64,000 bases of DNA from a virus (lineage: Duplodnaviria; Caudoviricetes). Location: positions 64,001 to 128,000 of the IMG/VR virus record IMGVR_UViG_3300021255_004000; one strand, 5' to 3'. The notes beneath the pieces were generated by a model. It was not told the origin of the DNA and searched no databases. It was given only the letters and a program-made list of their open reading frames with translations. This document shows positions 36,190 through 46,887 of this stretch, piece by piece (the stretch's first letter is position 1; each line of letters opens with the position of its first letter). Made by a program: the position numbers and the translations under genes.

Positions 36190-36852
36190 TTAGCCATCTA
36201 CTTCTGCGTAAACAGTATTTACATCTTTTTCTGTCAACTTGTCGTTCCAAATGCCACGACTTGCTGTTCGCCTGCCGCCGTATGAATTCATAATTGTATC
36301 GACAACAATCATCTTCTGTGCTTCCAACTGTTTGTACTGCTGAACATAAGAGCCTTTCATAAAGTCATTCGGGAAGCTCAAGTTGATAAGAGATGACATA
36401 ATCAAATCCTGCTCATCGCGGATTTCCTTGTATCTCTGTTTGTACTTTTCGAGATCTTCTTTTGAAAGCCAAGACTCTTCACAGTCTTTTTTCAGCTTGT
36501 AAGCAATCGACTTGCGATCGTCATCTTCATCTTTGTAGCCGATTTCTTCCTTGATTTCTTTCAAGGCTTCTTTACAAGCTCTTTCTTTTTCGGCGCGTTC
36601 TTTCTGACGCATTAACTTTTCACGTGTAAAGACTTTCCAAACATCAATATCGAACTTGTCGCTATCGATGTCAAGAACCTCTCTGTCAATCTTTTCTGCT
36701 TTCTCACAGCATTCTACATCCATTTCTTCATCCATATCGTAAATCCCCTTTATAAATTGTGAATAAGGTTTTGGTGGTCCCATCCATTTTGCCCAGTTTT
36801 GAACCATCCTCAATAATGAATTAGATCCTTTGCTAAAGTCCTGCATTACCAC
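36190..36852 (-). CDS. hypothetical coiled-coil protein
   Basis: 220-aa ORF followed by a terminator hairpin. Confidence 0.6.
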   Translation of the reverse strand: MVMQDFSKGSNSLLRMVQNWAKWMGPPKPYSQFIKGIYDMDEEMDVECCEKAEKIDREVLDIDSDKFDIDVWKVFTREKLMRQKERAEKERACKEALKEIKEEIGYKDEDDDRKSIAYKLKKDCEESWLSKEDLEKYKQRYKEIRDEQDLIMSSLINLSFPNDFMKGSYVQQYKQLEAQKMIVVDTIMNSYGGRRTASRGIWNDKLTEKDVNTVYAEVDG

Positions 36853-37086
36853 TCACCCTCACTAACCCAATAATCTTTGCAAAACGGAAGTGGAGATGAT
36901 TTCTCTGCTCCTTCGCAATGAGCTTTTGGGTCGTTTCTTTTGTTGAACTTGCAGACTGAGCAACCTACTCCAATTGACTCAAGCCACTTTTCATTGTGGC
37001 TTTTTATCAACTCAACAAGTTCAACGGCATCTTCATTTTTGAGATGAAACTTTTCGCAAATCTCTTTGAGGATGCCGTCGTCCATA

Positions 37087-37728
37087 TTAGGCCTCCCGTC
37101 TTGCGAAAGTCAAGCCTGCAAGGAAAAGGCGCTTTGCCATAGGGTCATCTTCATCGAGATTGAACTTGCGGCAAAGAGCGCGGAAAGCTTTCTCTTCTTC
37201 AGAGATTTCGTACTTTTCGTGGAGCTCAGAAAGTACTTCGTGGATCTTTTCAATTTCTTCATCATCAAAGTCTTTCAACATTGATGTGATTTCATTGATG
37301 CGAGCCTCGCGTGTTACTTTTGCTGATGCGTTGTCACTCTCTTCTTCATCGATTGCCTGACCTGTTACTTCAGCAATTTTGTCGCGGATAAAGCGGATAG
37401 CTTCTGCGCGTGACATACCTGACGGCATTTCAACAATGTGAACTTCAGGTCCATTTCTGCGGCTTTCAGGTTTCTTTTCTGCCTTAGGTTTTGTAGTTGA
37501 TTTCGGAGCTTTTGAAGCCTGCTCAATGAAATACTGTGCAAGCATTTCAAAGCGAGCCTTACGGTCAATATCGCCCCAGTCGCGATGAATACCGAGCATA
37601 TCCTCGAGTACCTTAGCTTTGCGTTCGAATGAATCAAAGCCATAATGATTGAGAATGAGCTTTACATTCTCGATTGTTTTGTCAGTTAATGCGTTAAGTC
37701 CCGCAATAGCATCTTCTTTTCTTCCCAT
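37087..37728 (-). CDS. hypothetical protein
   Basis: GGAGG RBS, 213 aa. Confidence 0.65.
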   Translation of the reverse strand: MGRKEDAIAGLNALTDKTIENVKLILNHYGFDSFERKAKVLEDMLGIHRDWGDIDRKARFEMLAQYFIEQASKAPKSTTKPKAEKKPESRRNGPEVHIVEMPSGMSRAEAIRFIRDKIAEVTGQAIDEEESDNASAKVTREARINEITSMLKDFDDEEIEKIHEVLSELHEKYEISEEEKAFRALCRKFNLDEDDPMAKRLFLAGLTFARREA

Positions 37729-37898
37729 AGGAATACCTCCAAAAATATATTAACCTTGCAAAATGAAATCTATGTTAAAGTCTTTCACTTTACGCGTCTT
37801 TTTTATTCCAACGAGAAACTTGTAAGCCTCGTCTTCAAATCTGAACTTTTCAGTTCGAGTCTTACCGTTCTCATAAATAATTTTCAATACCCACATAC

Positions 37899-39536
37899 TT
37901 AGGCCTCAACATCTATCCGCTTCGTAAAGTTGGATATTTTGTTTTCATCAACAACCAACAAGCGGTTTGTACTTTCATCAAGAAGAAGCCAATCATTATG
38001 GAAAACATACAAAGTTTGAAAAAATGAATTAGAAGTGCCTTCCTGAATGATTGCAACTTCCATACTTTTCTTGAAGTCATTCCAATTATTTAACTTGCCA
38101 GTTTTTACATCTTTTGCAAAAAACAGCTGAGCAATGAAGTTGTTTCCCACAATCTGACTGTGAATTACGGGGTCATCTTGCATCACACCTGCAAACTCGC
38201 GAATAACATCTTCCTTAAACTCATTTCCTTCAAGGAACTGAACGCCTTTGTAACTCGTATGTCCTTTGAGGAACTTAATCGTCTGCATCGTGTACCTCGT
38301 ACTCAACTTCTTCTACATCATCAACAGTTTTGCTGTTTCTTTCATTCGGAACACACCAAATCAAAAGAGCGACAATTACTCCTATGACAGGATGTCCAAA
38401 ACTGCCAAGTGCAACTGCAAGCAAAACAGCCAATACATTATTCCAAAACCACATAATCAACTCTCCCAAGCATGATCTTCTGCAGCGGAATCAGTTCCAT
38501 AGTCATATCCTAACTGAAGAACCTCTTCGTAAATCTCGTGGGCAATATCAATTCTTTTTGTAGGATCTTTTATTGCCTCTTCAATTAGTGTTACAACCCA
38601 AGCTTTATACTTTTTCTCGCAATCAGGTTGCAACATTCCGTACTTTATATCCTTTGCAGGAGCTTTAGGTAAACTCATAACTTACACCTTTACAAAATCT
38701 TTACAAGCCTGATATGAACCTTGATACAGGATGTGTGTTTCACCCATATAAGTTTCATACTCTTCTTTGTTCAAAAGGCGGATGCCAACATCTGTTTTGA
38801 CAAGATACCAAATGTTAACACGCAGTTCATCAAGTTTCCAAGGATCGTCTGCAAACTTTGCTGCTTTTTCTTCAGTAAGAGGCTTCCAATAACCGCCATC
38901 ATTGCAGTCTACCCAATATTCAATACACGATTGGTTTTCGCGCAGAAGTTTAAGCTTCTCCTGCTGAAGTTTCAGATTAGTTTCGATCTTATCGAGAATT
39001 TTTGCAACATTCTTTGCCATTATGCTTCCTCCTTGTTATATGCTTCAAGCCAACAGTGCATATCTTCATAATCAAGACTTGTTGTTGAAATGCGTTGTGA
39101 GAAGTAAGGGTTATTATAATTTTTTGAATAAACCACAAGCTTCTTTTCAGCGGGATTCTTTTCGTCGTGCTCAAGAACGAGAACAGCGAATTTCTTAACT
39201 TCTACAACTTTTTCAATTTCATCGTGAAAGAACTTTCCAGTCAAAGTCCCAGGAACCAATTCTTCTTTTGTAAAGTCAAGAAACTCTCTTTTCTCCATAT
39301 TAAGCATTCTCCTTGTCCCAGTCTTTGTTGAACTTTGCCATCTTTTTGAAAGTCTGAATTGCAAACTTTTTTGCATCAACGAACTCTTTCTCGAGGCGAG
39401 CCTTTCCATCAGAGCCTGTTACCTTGTAACGGCCGTCCTTGCAATGTTCAATCATTGGCATATGTTCGTGGCTTACACATACTGTGTACCACTTTCCATT
39501 GATCTGCTGCTTCTCAAACTTGTAAGCCTTTCCCAT
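37899..39536 (-). other. early operon of about six small hypothetical ORFs
   Basis: abutting ORFs downstream of promoter 39570-39598. Confidence 0.55.
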
Positions 39537-39649
39537 ATTGTTGCTCCTTTTTAATCAATTTACAAAAATAATATAAAAGACTTATAATAAAAGTTCAAAA
39601 AAAATAGGGGAAATCAATGAAGAATTTCCCCTATTTCTCTCCTCTCTAA

Positions 39650-39743
39650 AGCGGGTCCCCCGAGTCGAACGGGGCATAACATCCAAAGTACTATGGCCAC
39701 TTTCCTATGGATCACGGTTTGCCGCTACCTTTATCAGGCCCGC
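39650..39743 (-). ncRNA. tRNA-like RNA without recognisable anticodon
   Basis: acceptor GCGGG/CCCGC, CCCCG-TTCGACT-CGGGG. Confidence 0.5.
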
Positions 39744-39948
39744 ATAACATGCGCGGAAATTGCTTATTCGCAAGTATTCCATTTCCGCAAAAAGTTGAAA
39801 ACTGTAGGGTCTTACTAAAACTTGCGACCTAATCTGCTTTCAACTAGGGATACACCGTTTGTCCTCGTCGTTATCACGAGAGCACGAGGAATCCTCCACC
39901 ATCAATTTTTGAAAGAAATTGAAAACTTTTGCATTGTAAAACGCATAG

Positions 39949-40023
39949 AACTTCAAGTAGGATTTGAACCCACATCACCGCCAATCACCCGGCAGTATGC
40001 TTACCAAGTTACACCATTGAAGT
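39949..40023 (-). tRNA. tRNA-like RNA with non-canonical 8-nt anticodon loop (GGGTGATT)
   Basis: intact acceptor, D and T arms. Confidence 0.6.
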
Positions 40024-40026
40024 ATG

Positions 40027-40620
40027 AGTTGCCTCATTCAACGGGATATGCTTCCCCGCAATACCATCCACATTTCTCAATCCTAGAAGTGGCCAAACCG
40101 TATTTTTGCAATTATCTCTTATTTAGCGTCTTAGTGTAATTGCACCACATTTTATGACGGGGAAGGCGTTTTCGGATTCTCCGAAGAAACCCCGATTAGC
40201 CTACATGTGCGGAACCTAAACCTTCAACTGCTTAGAAGGAAACTTTCCGCGTGGAGCTCTCCTATCAAACCTGCAGCAATAAGGCATACTAGGTCGATTG
40301 TCTACAAGCTCTTGTTCATTTGGGGATGCCCGATTTCTCGAACATGCCTTCCACCACTTTGTTCTTTTTAGACGGTGAACAAAGAATATCCATCTTACTA
40401 CACTTGGGAGTCGAACCCAATTCTCTCATTCCTGAGCGTCCCTATCCCGTTGGACCCGTGCAGCCCTTTTTTCTCCGCTTTCGCAGAGGCGACCAACTCA
40501 ATCCTAGTGCCCGCAAGCCCCGTAAGTTTGTCCTGCCTTTATATGCAGGGTCGATGGTCTAATCATAATTGTTCTTTTAATATCGCCGGCCATCTTTACA
40601 CTAATAAACGATATTAAAAG
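40027..40620 (-). ncRNA. large structured ncRNA candidate (~600 nt)
   Basis: GC-richer region with no credible gene; long-range pairing CAACGGGATA/TATCCCGTTG; internal TTGGG-TTCGACT-CCCAA. Confidence 0.45.
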
Positions 40621-40736
40621 TTATTTGAACGCAGCTTATTATGAGAACTGTTTCTCCGGATGAAACCTCACAATAAATCCACTCCAAATCGCCGGCTCCG
40701 CCAAACCGAATTATCATCTCTTATTGCAGCGGATAT

Positions 40737-41114
40737 TGGACCTGGGGAGTTTCGAACTCCCGTCTTGCTCTGACGCCCATTAACACTCTTTACAGGCTTA
40801 AAACCGAATTGACGGTAGGGACGGTCAAAACCCATATTTACTTTTGGTTTTCGATTGAACTGAGCAAGCAACCCAACTCTTGTTCAACTTATCAGATGGG
40901 CGATACGAACATTCCACTATCTGAGTCGTGAAAGTCGCAGTTGGTCCTCAAAGGGTCCAACTAGGTGTTGCCTTAGGCAGCGCGAGCGAAAGCTGCGCGT
41001 GAACCACGAGCAACAACTGAACGTTTAGTTGCAGTTATTCTTTTCCGTATTAAGGTCGGCACCTTTACCTGATGTTAAAGAACTATTCAGCCAATCGATT
41101 CCAAAGTCAGGCCC
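40737..41114 (-). ncRNA. ssrA: tmRNA; tag (A)ATKRSVVARGSRAAFARAA*
   Basis: GGGCCTGA 5' end, G3.U70 Ala acceptor, T arm, ATAACT-GCA resume context, tag frame 41032-40973 ending AA-stop. Confidence 0.9.
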
Positions 41115-41152
41115 GATTAAACTGTAATTTTATATTAACAGCTGTTGAAGAA

Positions 41153-41518
41153 TTACCGATAGAATTTTGTCCACCCAGGTTTTTGAACATCGTCCTTAAA
41201 CTTCTGTTTAAGATTATCCCAAAGTTCAATGCCTGCAGCTGTCAATTCATAGTCATTGACAAACTGTGGAAGTTCTCCAACTTCGTTAACTTTCTCTTTT
41301 ATAAGTTTTTCATTTACAAGACAGCGAGCTGTCTGTGTAAAAACCGCGTTTGAAAAAGTTTGAGCAAACTGAACACAGTTTTCAAACTCATCTCCAAAAG
41401 TTTCCTGTCTTTCTTTCGCATCCTGCAAAAGAGACTTCATCAAAGATTCCTTATCATACTCATTCAAAAGATTGAGAATAAGGAAGTCGCATTCATTAGG
41501 TTTGTAAGCCTTCATCAC
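41153..41518 (-). CDS. hypothetical protein
   Basis: GGAGG RBS. Confidence 0.55.
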   Translation of the reverse strand: MMKAYKPNECDFLILNLLNEYDKESLMKSLLQDAKERQETFGDEFENCVQFAQTFSNAVFTQTARCLVNEKLIKEKVNEVGELPQFVNDYELTAAGIELWDNLKQKFKDDVQKPGWTKFYR

Positions 41519-41683
41519 CTAACCTCCATATAAGAAGTTAGTTAGAAAAACTTGTTGCGAAGCTTTTTGTTTGCAATAAGTGCAACAACGAAAGCAACTG
41601 TAACACAACAGAAAACAAAAGCCAGTCCGCTTCCTGCAAACCAAGGAAACACAGGATCTTTTCCCAACCAATCAATAATTGCA

Positions 41684-42106
41684 TTACACAGCTTCATATC
41701 CAAAGCCCTCTTTTGACTGTACTTTATATGCCTTTTGAGGATTGTCTTCTTTGTCTTTTAAATCCTTAAGGTACTCGATTGCATCATCTCGAGAGTCAAG
41801 AATTATTGTGTTGTTCTTGATACGAGAGAAGTTGATTTCATCTTCAGACAAGTCTCTTTCTGTAAACTTGGCTTCATCTTCGTCATTCATAAGTACCCAA
41901 ACCTTTTTGTCAAGGTCCTCAGGAGACTGCAATTTTTTGATTATGTCTTTTGGGAATACTTCAAACACAAAAGAACCGTCTCTCTGCAAAACTGCAAACT
42001 CAATCCAGTTGTCATCAATGGAAAGAACTTCTGCGTGCGGGAATGTTGTATCATTCCTAAGAAATACTTTATAAGTATCACCTGGCTTTATGACTGTGTC
42101 TCTCAT
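41684..42106 (-). CDS. hypothetical protein
   Basis: overlapping start/stop with neighbour. Confidence 0.6.
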   Translation of the reverse strand: MRDTVIKPGDTYKVFLRNDTTFPHAEVLSIDDNWIEFAVLQRDGSFVFEVFPKDIIKKLQSPEDLDKKVWVLMNDEDEAKFTERDLSEDEINFSRIKNNTIILDSRDDAIEYLKDLKDKEDNPQKAYKVQSKEGFGYEAV

Positions 42107-42408
42107 TATTCCTCCACTACATAGGCGGTCATTTCAGTTGTGTACTCGCCTTCGTTTACTATTTGAACAAGAATCAGCGGAATAACTTCGCCGTTACCTT
42201 TGTGAAAGTTTGCCTTTCTTTTGATTGAACCATCAGGAAGTTTGACTTCAGTAACATTCGGAACAATGCCTGCAATTCCAAGATCGTGTAGCTTCGACCA
42301 CATAATATAGAAGTCCTGTGGACGCTTTCTGCCGTTTCCAAATTCTCGAACAACTTCCTTAACTTTATTTACAAAAGTCGGGTCCATTTTCATTTCGTTT
42401 ATTTTCAT
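42106..42408 (-). CDS. hypothetical protein
   Basis: operon-packed ORF. Confidence 0.55.
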   Translation of the reverse strand: MKINEMKMDPTFVNKVKEVVREFGNGRKRPQDFYIMWSKLHDLGIAGIVPNVTEVKLPDGSIKRKANFHKGNGEVIPLILVQIVNEGEYTTEMTAYVVEE

Positions 42409-42840
42409 TTTGCAAGAACTCCTGCCAAGATTGCTTCATTAGAGCGAATTACTCTCTGTGAGCCTTTCTCTGCAACAAAAACTTTTCCTACTTTGTTGTA
42501 AGAAACTTCCCAGCCGTTGATGTTATGAACAATCTTCTGATCTGTGTCGATCTGATCTTTACGGCCTTTGCTGAGAATTGAGACAATTCTTGCTTTATTC
42601 ATAGTATGCTCCTTGTTTGAAAAGTGGCGAAGGTTTCCCGCTCCTTGGGTCAACCTACAAACCCCGAATCCCCTGAGGAACTTCCTCAGTTCAACGCTGG
42701 TTTAGCACCAGACAATAATAATATAAAAGAAAAGCGGACAAAGTTCAATTTGTCCGCATATTTTTTCAAAAATTTTACCGTTCGGTAATAATTTTCTTAA
42801 AAAGTATAATTTTTCAGTTATATTTTACCGCTCGGTAAAA

Positions 42841-43200
42841 TTATAAGTATTGATCTCCAGTGTCCCAGTCATCATACTTTAAAGCAGGAGCTTTAGAGTT
42901 TGTTTCAAACCAGTCATCAATTACATCTTTAACTGCCTGTGCAGTAAGTTCAGGAACAACATTCTTTACGAAATGTGAACCATTGACATTTCTTCCCTTT
43001 CTGCATCTTAATGTCCAAGTGCCATTTTTAGGATTCAGTCTACCTGCAACTATAAGATACATTTGCCCTCTAATTTCATCCATCCACATCTTGAAATGTG
43101 TGAGTGGCTGTCCATTGTAACCGTCACGATCTACATCAACACAGATGTAATCGTCACCCAATCCATCCTCAATTTCGTCAAAGTCAAAATTGCTATCCAT
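42841..43200 (-). CDS. hypothetical protein
   Basis: operon-packed ORF. Confidence 0.6.
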   Translation of the reverse strand: MDSNFDFDEIEDGLGDDYICVDVDRDGYNGQPLTHFKMWMDEIRGQMYLIVAGRLNPKNGTWTLRCRKGRNVNGSHFVKNVVPELTAQAVKDVIDDWFETNSKAPALKYDDWDTGDQYL

Positions 43201-43201
43201 A

Positions 43202-44392
43202 TTAAAACCTTCCTATTGTAAGATGAAGTTGAACACAATCGTTATCAACTATCATATTTTTTTCAATGTCTTTGTAATGATACCCATAATCTTTAGGTAC
43301 AGTTTTACAGAAGTTTTTCCGCCACTCATCTGTATCGTCTATAGGATGTTCAAATACGATTGTAACATCCTCAGGTCCATTTGGTAAAAAGTCAATCATC
43401 TTGTTATCATTAAACTTGTTGTAAACTCTTTCCCAGTTTTGGAACATTTTACGATAGAAGTACTTGTTATCGCCATCATCCTTATCAACTGCCATACGAT
43501 AGTCAGGATGCATCATTTCAGTTTGTCCGTGCCAGCTGATTGCTTTTACAACGCCGTCACTTCTCATTGATACTTTCAAATAAATGTATTTCTTTTTGTC
43601 ACGAACAGGAACCATAATTGAGAACACATAAAGTTCTTCATTAGGATTATTACGGTTTTGAACAACTGCAATAAGAGAACGAGGCTCAAGAAACTTTTCA
43701 ATAATGTACATTGATGTTTTCTTGTCAAGTTTTTCATTATGCATAAAGTCGAGATTTTTATCGCGGTTTATAATGTCAAACTTATATCTTTTAATTGAGT
43801 CTTTAATAGCAGCGACAACTGCTTCTGCTTCTTCTTTTGAATGGTGTCGATACGCATTTACTTTTGTTTCATTCAATATTGCTTCAAACAACTGAATCTT
43901 ATCACTTTTAAGGTTTTCTTCCATTAAGAAATGATTTGTTGCATCATCAACGTTTTTGAAGTCTTCACCTACTTCAGATTCGTGGTCATAAATGTATAAT
44001 GGGAGATGCGTTGCTTTTAAGTCATCTTCATACTGCAATAAAAAATCAACAACATACTTGATGTTCTTTTTGCCTTTATATTCTATTGAGAAGAAATTGT
44101 CTTTTGGAAATGTATCATAAAGACGGATACGCAAATTGCCACGATTAAGTCCAACATACAAAAAGTCGACTTCTCTGTCACCCATTTCTGTCAAGTCACG
44201 AAGCTCTTGCTTGATGGTTGTATTCCAATCAGCAGCGACATCTTCAAGCTCATCTTGAGGGACAGACAACTTTTCAGGATACTTTAACAGCACTTCAAGA
44301 TGCTCTTCACATCCGCATTCTTGTACATCAATAAGTTGTTTCTGTCTGCCGTTATACCAAAGGCCTTGCATTTCACCAAGACGAAATCCCAT
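43202..44392 (-). CDS. multidomain protein with central MqsR/RelE-like domain
   Basis: R.KN...LYVF...IYLKV...AISWH pattern. Confidence 0.55.
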   Translation of the reverse strand: MGFRLGEMQGLWYNGRQKQLIDVQECGCEEHLEVLLKYPEKLSVPQDELEDVAADWNTTIKQELRDLTEMGDREVDFLYVGLNRGNLRIRLYDTFPKDNFFSIEYKGKKNIKYVVDFLLQYEDDLKATHLPLYIYDHESEVGEDFKNVDDATNHFLMEENLKSDKIQLFEAILNETKVNAYRHHSKEEAEAVVAAIKDSIKRYKFDIINRDKNLDFMHNEKLDKKTSMYIIEKFLEPRSLIAVVQNRNNPNEELYVFSIMVPVRDKKKYIYLKVSMRSDGVVKAISWHGQTEMMHPDYRMAVDKDDGDNKYFYRKMFQNWERVYNKFNDNKMIDFLPNGPEDVTIVFEHPIDDTDEWRKNFCKTVPKDYGYHYKDIEKNMIVDNDCVQLHLTIGRF

Positions 44393-44441
44393 AAAATAAT
44401 CAACTCCTGCTAATTGAATAATTAGTTGGAGGTTATGACTT

Positions 44442-44972
44442 ATGAGAAATGAAGCTCAGTATTGTACATCGATTGTAAAGTCATTGAATGCAGTAGGAGA
44501 CCTTGCTTATAAAATCCCAGATGCGTCTGGAAACTGGGCAACTTCAATCCGTGTTTTCGACATAATGGGAAGAAAAGACAATAAACCTTTATATCTTGAA
44601 GCAAAGTTTAACAAAGATCCATCAGCATTCAATCTTAATCGTATTGAAGATCATCAGGCATATTACCTTGATGAGTTTGCAAAAATCCCAGATGCATTTT
44701 GCTACATTGCTTTAGGCGTTCAATGGAAAAGAGGTGAAACAAGATCATTCATTTTTGATTGGCGTGACATCTCAGTTTTGTATCACAAAGGTTTTTCAAT
44801 TCATAAAAAAGAATTAGAGAAGTTGCCTTACAATCTTATTAAGAAAGATATCTTTACTTTTGATAATATAATAACAAAGGAAACACTTGTTTCCATTTAT
44901 GGAGAATCAATTTATGACGAAAGCAATATTTCAATGTCCGAAGTGCCAAAAGACCTTAGTGAAGAAGTTTAA
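44442..44972 (+). CDS. RecU-like Holliday junction resolvase / PD-(D/E)XK nuclease
   Basis: FD...YLEAK...IEDHQ...L. Confidence 0.7.
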   Translation: MRNEAQYCTSIVKSLNAVGDLAYKIPDASGNWATSIRVFDIMGRKDNKPLYLEAKFNKDPSAFNLNRIEDHQAYYLDEFAKIPDAFCYIALGVQWKRGETRSFIFDWRDISVLYHKGFSIHKKELEKLPYNLIKKDIFTFDNIITKETLVSIYGESIYDESNISMSEVPKDLSEEV

Positions 44973-45105
44973 TGTAGGAGAATTACCTACACCGCCAAAA
45001 TGTGAATGCGGAGAAGAAATGAACCGCATTTTTGGAAAAGTTCAAATCGGTGATGTTGTTTCTGACGATATGATTGATTTAGGACAAAAGATGTTGTATT
45101 CTTAA
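44914..45105 (+). CDS. FmdB-like zinc-ribbon protein
   Basis: FQCPKC...CECG..M.RIF; GGAG RBS. Confidence 0.65.
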   Translation: MTKAIFQCPKCQKTLVKKFNVGELPTPPKCECGEEMNRIFGKVQIGDVVSDDMIDLGQKMLYS

Positions 45106-45138
45106 AAAAGAAGGCAGCTCGAAAGCTGCCTTTTATTT

Positions 45139-46035
45139 TTATTTTTCCAACATTCCTATAATAAAGTCAGGATCATTGTGAAGCTTTCTTGCCAATTCGC
45201 CTTGGTCAATGTTGTACTTTTTCATCAAGTCTCCAACATTCATTGCAGCATAAATTGTGTTCTTTGCAACATCAAGTTCTGAAGCAATTTCAGGAATTGA
45301 CTTTCCTTTAAGAACCATTGCAAGAATCTTTCTTTTTGGTACATTTACTTTCTTTGATGCAGATTCGTTCATTTCAGGATCATTACAGAACTCACGCCAG
45401 TCAGCAGAGAAGTCGTCAACATCGATTTCTGTTGCGTTATCTCCTGTCAATTTATCCCAAGCTGTTGCTCCACCCTTTTCGCTGTCGTCCATTCCATCAG
45501 GATTCAAAGCGTTTTCGTTAGGATCTTTTGCACGCTGAACATTTTCAGAAATTGCATCCATACGAAGGTACTGACCGAACCAATACTGCCAGTTACCAAT
45601 CTTCATTGTACCGTCTTTGTAAACTTTTGGCTTGAAACTCTTAATTGCTTTATCAAAAGCAACATACATAATTCCAATAAAGTCACTGAAGTCGCCGTTG
45701 TCAAGACGAGCTTTAATAACTTTTCCTGAAGCAGCAGAACCAATGAATACCTTCCAGAAGATATAGTAACACATCTTACGAGCAGCAATAATCAAATAGC
45801 ATTCTGCATATTCGTTTCCTGCTTTTGCGTCTTCAATAATCTTACTGAGGTCTTCATTGACTGATGCAACATATGCTTTATATCCGCTTCCTGGGTAAAC
45901 TGCGTTGAAGAACTCTTCATCAAACTTTGATGAGAGTGAACCGTTTGCCTTAAGTTCATTGCGGAATTCCATATAGTCGTTTTTGTCAAGGCTCTCAACA
46001 TTTTCAACACCGAGAGCTTCAGTCATCTTTGCCAT
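45139..46035 (-). CDS. phage sigma70-like factor
   Basis: region-2-like AKAGNEYA..YLI / DKAIKSF; C-terminal HTH KSIPEIASELDVAKNTIY. Confidence 0.65.
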   Translation of the reverse strand: MAKMTEALGVENVESLDKNDYMEFRNELKANGSLSSKFDEEFFNAVYPGSGYKAYVASVNEDLSKIIEDAKAGNEYAECYLIIAARKMCYYIFWKVFIGSAASGKVIKARLDNGDFSDFIGIMYVAFDKAIKSFKPKVYKDGTMKIGNWQYWFGQYLRMDAISENVQRAKDPNENALNPDGMDDSEKGGATAWDKLTGDNATEIDVDDFSADWREFCNDPEMNESASKKVNVPKRKILAMVLKGKSIPEIASELDVAKNTIYAAMNVGDLMKKYNIDQGELARKLHNDPDFIIGMLEK

Positions 46036-46060
46036 ACTTTAATTTCCTCTTATAAATTAG

Positions 46061-46471
46061 TTATGACACTATCTTTCTTGTGTTATTATAGATGACTACT
46101 TTGTAAGGTTTACTTTTTGAAATACACAGGTCAATGTCGTGTTTTGTTCCTTTTGACTGTCCGTCCCATAAGATTAAACAGTAATCACACCTATCAACCA
46201 TATCAACATTGCGACGAAATCCCGCAGATTTACCATATTTGTCCCATTCAGCAGGAAAGTCCCAAGTTCCTAAGTTATGTCTATCTGCCCATTCTTTTGC
46301 AATCATATCAACACCACGAGCAAGGCCTTGTATGATAATAAAATCCATATCGCCTTGCCCAAAGCGATTTTCTTGGTCAGCGTAAACTTCTTTGAGATAA
46401 TTTACTATCTGTGTTTCAACCCACTTAACATCAGTTATTGTTCGTGAGCCACATACCATAACTCCAACCAT
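46061..46471 (-). CDS. SLOG-family (YspA/DUF2493-like) protein
   Basis: VCGSR, GLARGVD, AEWDKYGKSAGFRRN, WDGQSKGT. Confidence 0.85.
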   Translation of the reverse strand: MVGVMVCGSRTITDVKWVETQIVNYLKEVYADQENRFGQGDMDFIIIQGLARGVDMIAKEWADRHNLGTWDFPAEWDKYGKSAGFRRNVDMVDRCDYCLILWDGQSKGTKHDIDLCISKSKPYKVVIYNNTRKIVS

Positions 46472-46887
46472 TATTTCTTAAGGTGTTCGATGATATGATC
46501 TGTAGGAATCAATTCTGAAGCAAGTACTGTTACCTCGTTTCCATCACGAAGAATCTTGCACTTTGACTTTGCAGCAAAAACATAATCTTTATTATCAACA
46601 TCATCGTGAACTTTTATGCCTTTCATATGTGTTGAACCAACAAATGTTCCGAAACCTGTCATCGAGTGCAAGTCTGATGTATCACTTCCATCGCGGTAAA
46701 CATTATACAAAACGGGATCAGCTTTTGCAGCTTGACCTTCTGGTGAGTCAAATGTTGCATCAGGACATTCATTTAAGAATGTGTCAATAGAAGCAAGACG
46801 CGCCTGAAGTGAAGCATAGTCCATTGTTGCCAAAAAGTATGATCTCTGACCACCTTCACGGCAATTCTCCTTTTTCTTTACAATCAT
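46471..46887 (-). CDS. stand-alone fragment of a family A DNA polymerase (motif A)
   Basis: MDYASLQARLA (cf. DYSQIELR) and DLHSMTG; GGAGG RBS before ATG 46887. Confidence 0.65.
   Translation of the reverse strand: MIVKKKENCREGGQRSYFLATMDYASLQARLASIDTFLNECPDATFDSPEGQAAKADPVLYNVYRDGSDTSDLHSMTGFGTFVGSTHMKGIKVHDDVDNKDYVFAAKSKCKILRDGNEVTVLASELIPTDHIIEHLKK

Noticed and set aside
39822-40871. ORFs 39822-40139, 40320-40562, 40375-40617 and 40668-40871
   Set aside because: No RBS, atypical composition, and overlap with tRNA-like, structured or tmRNA sequence.
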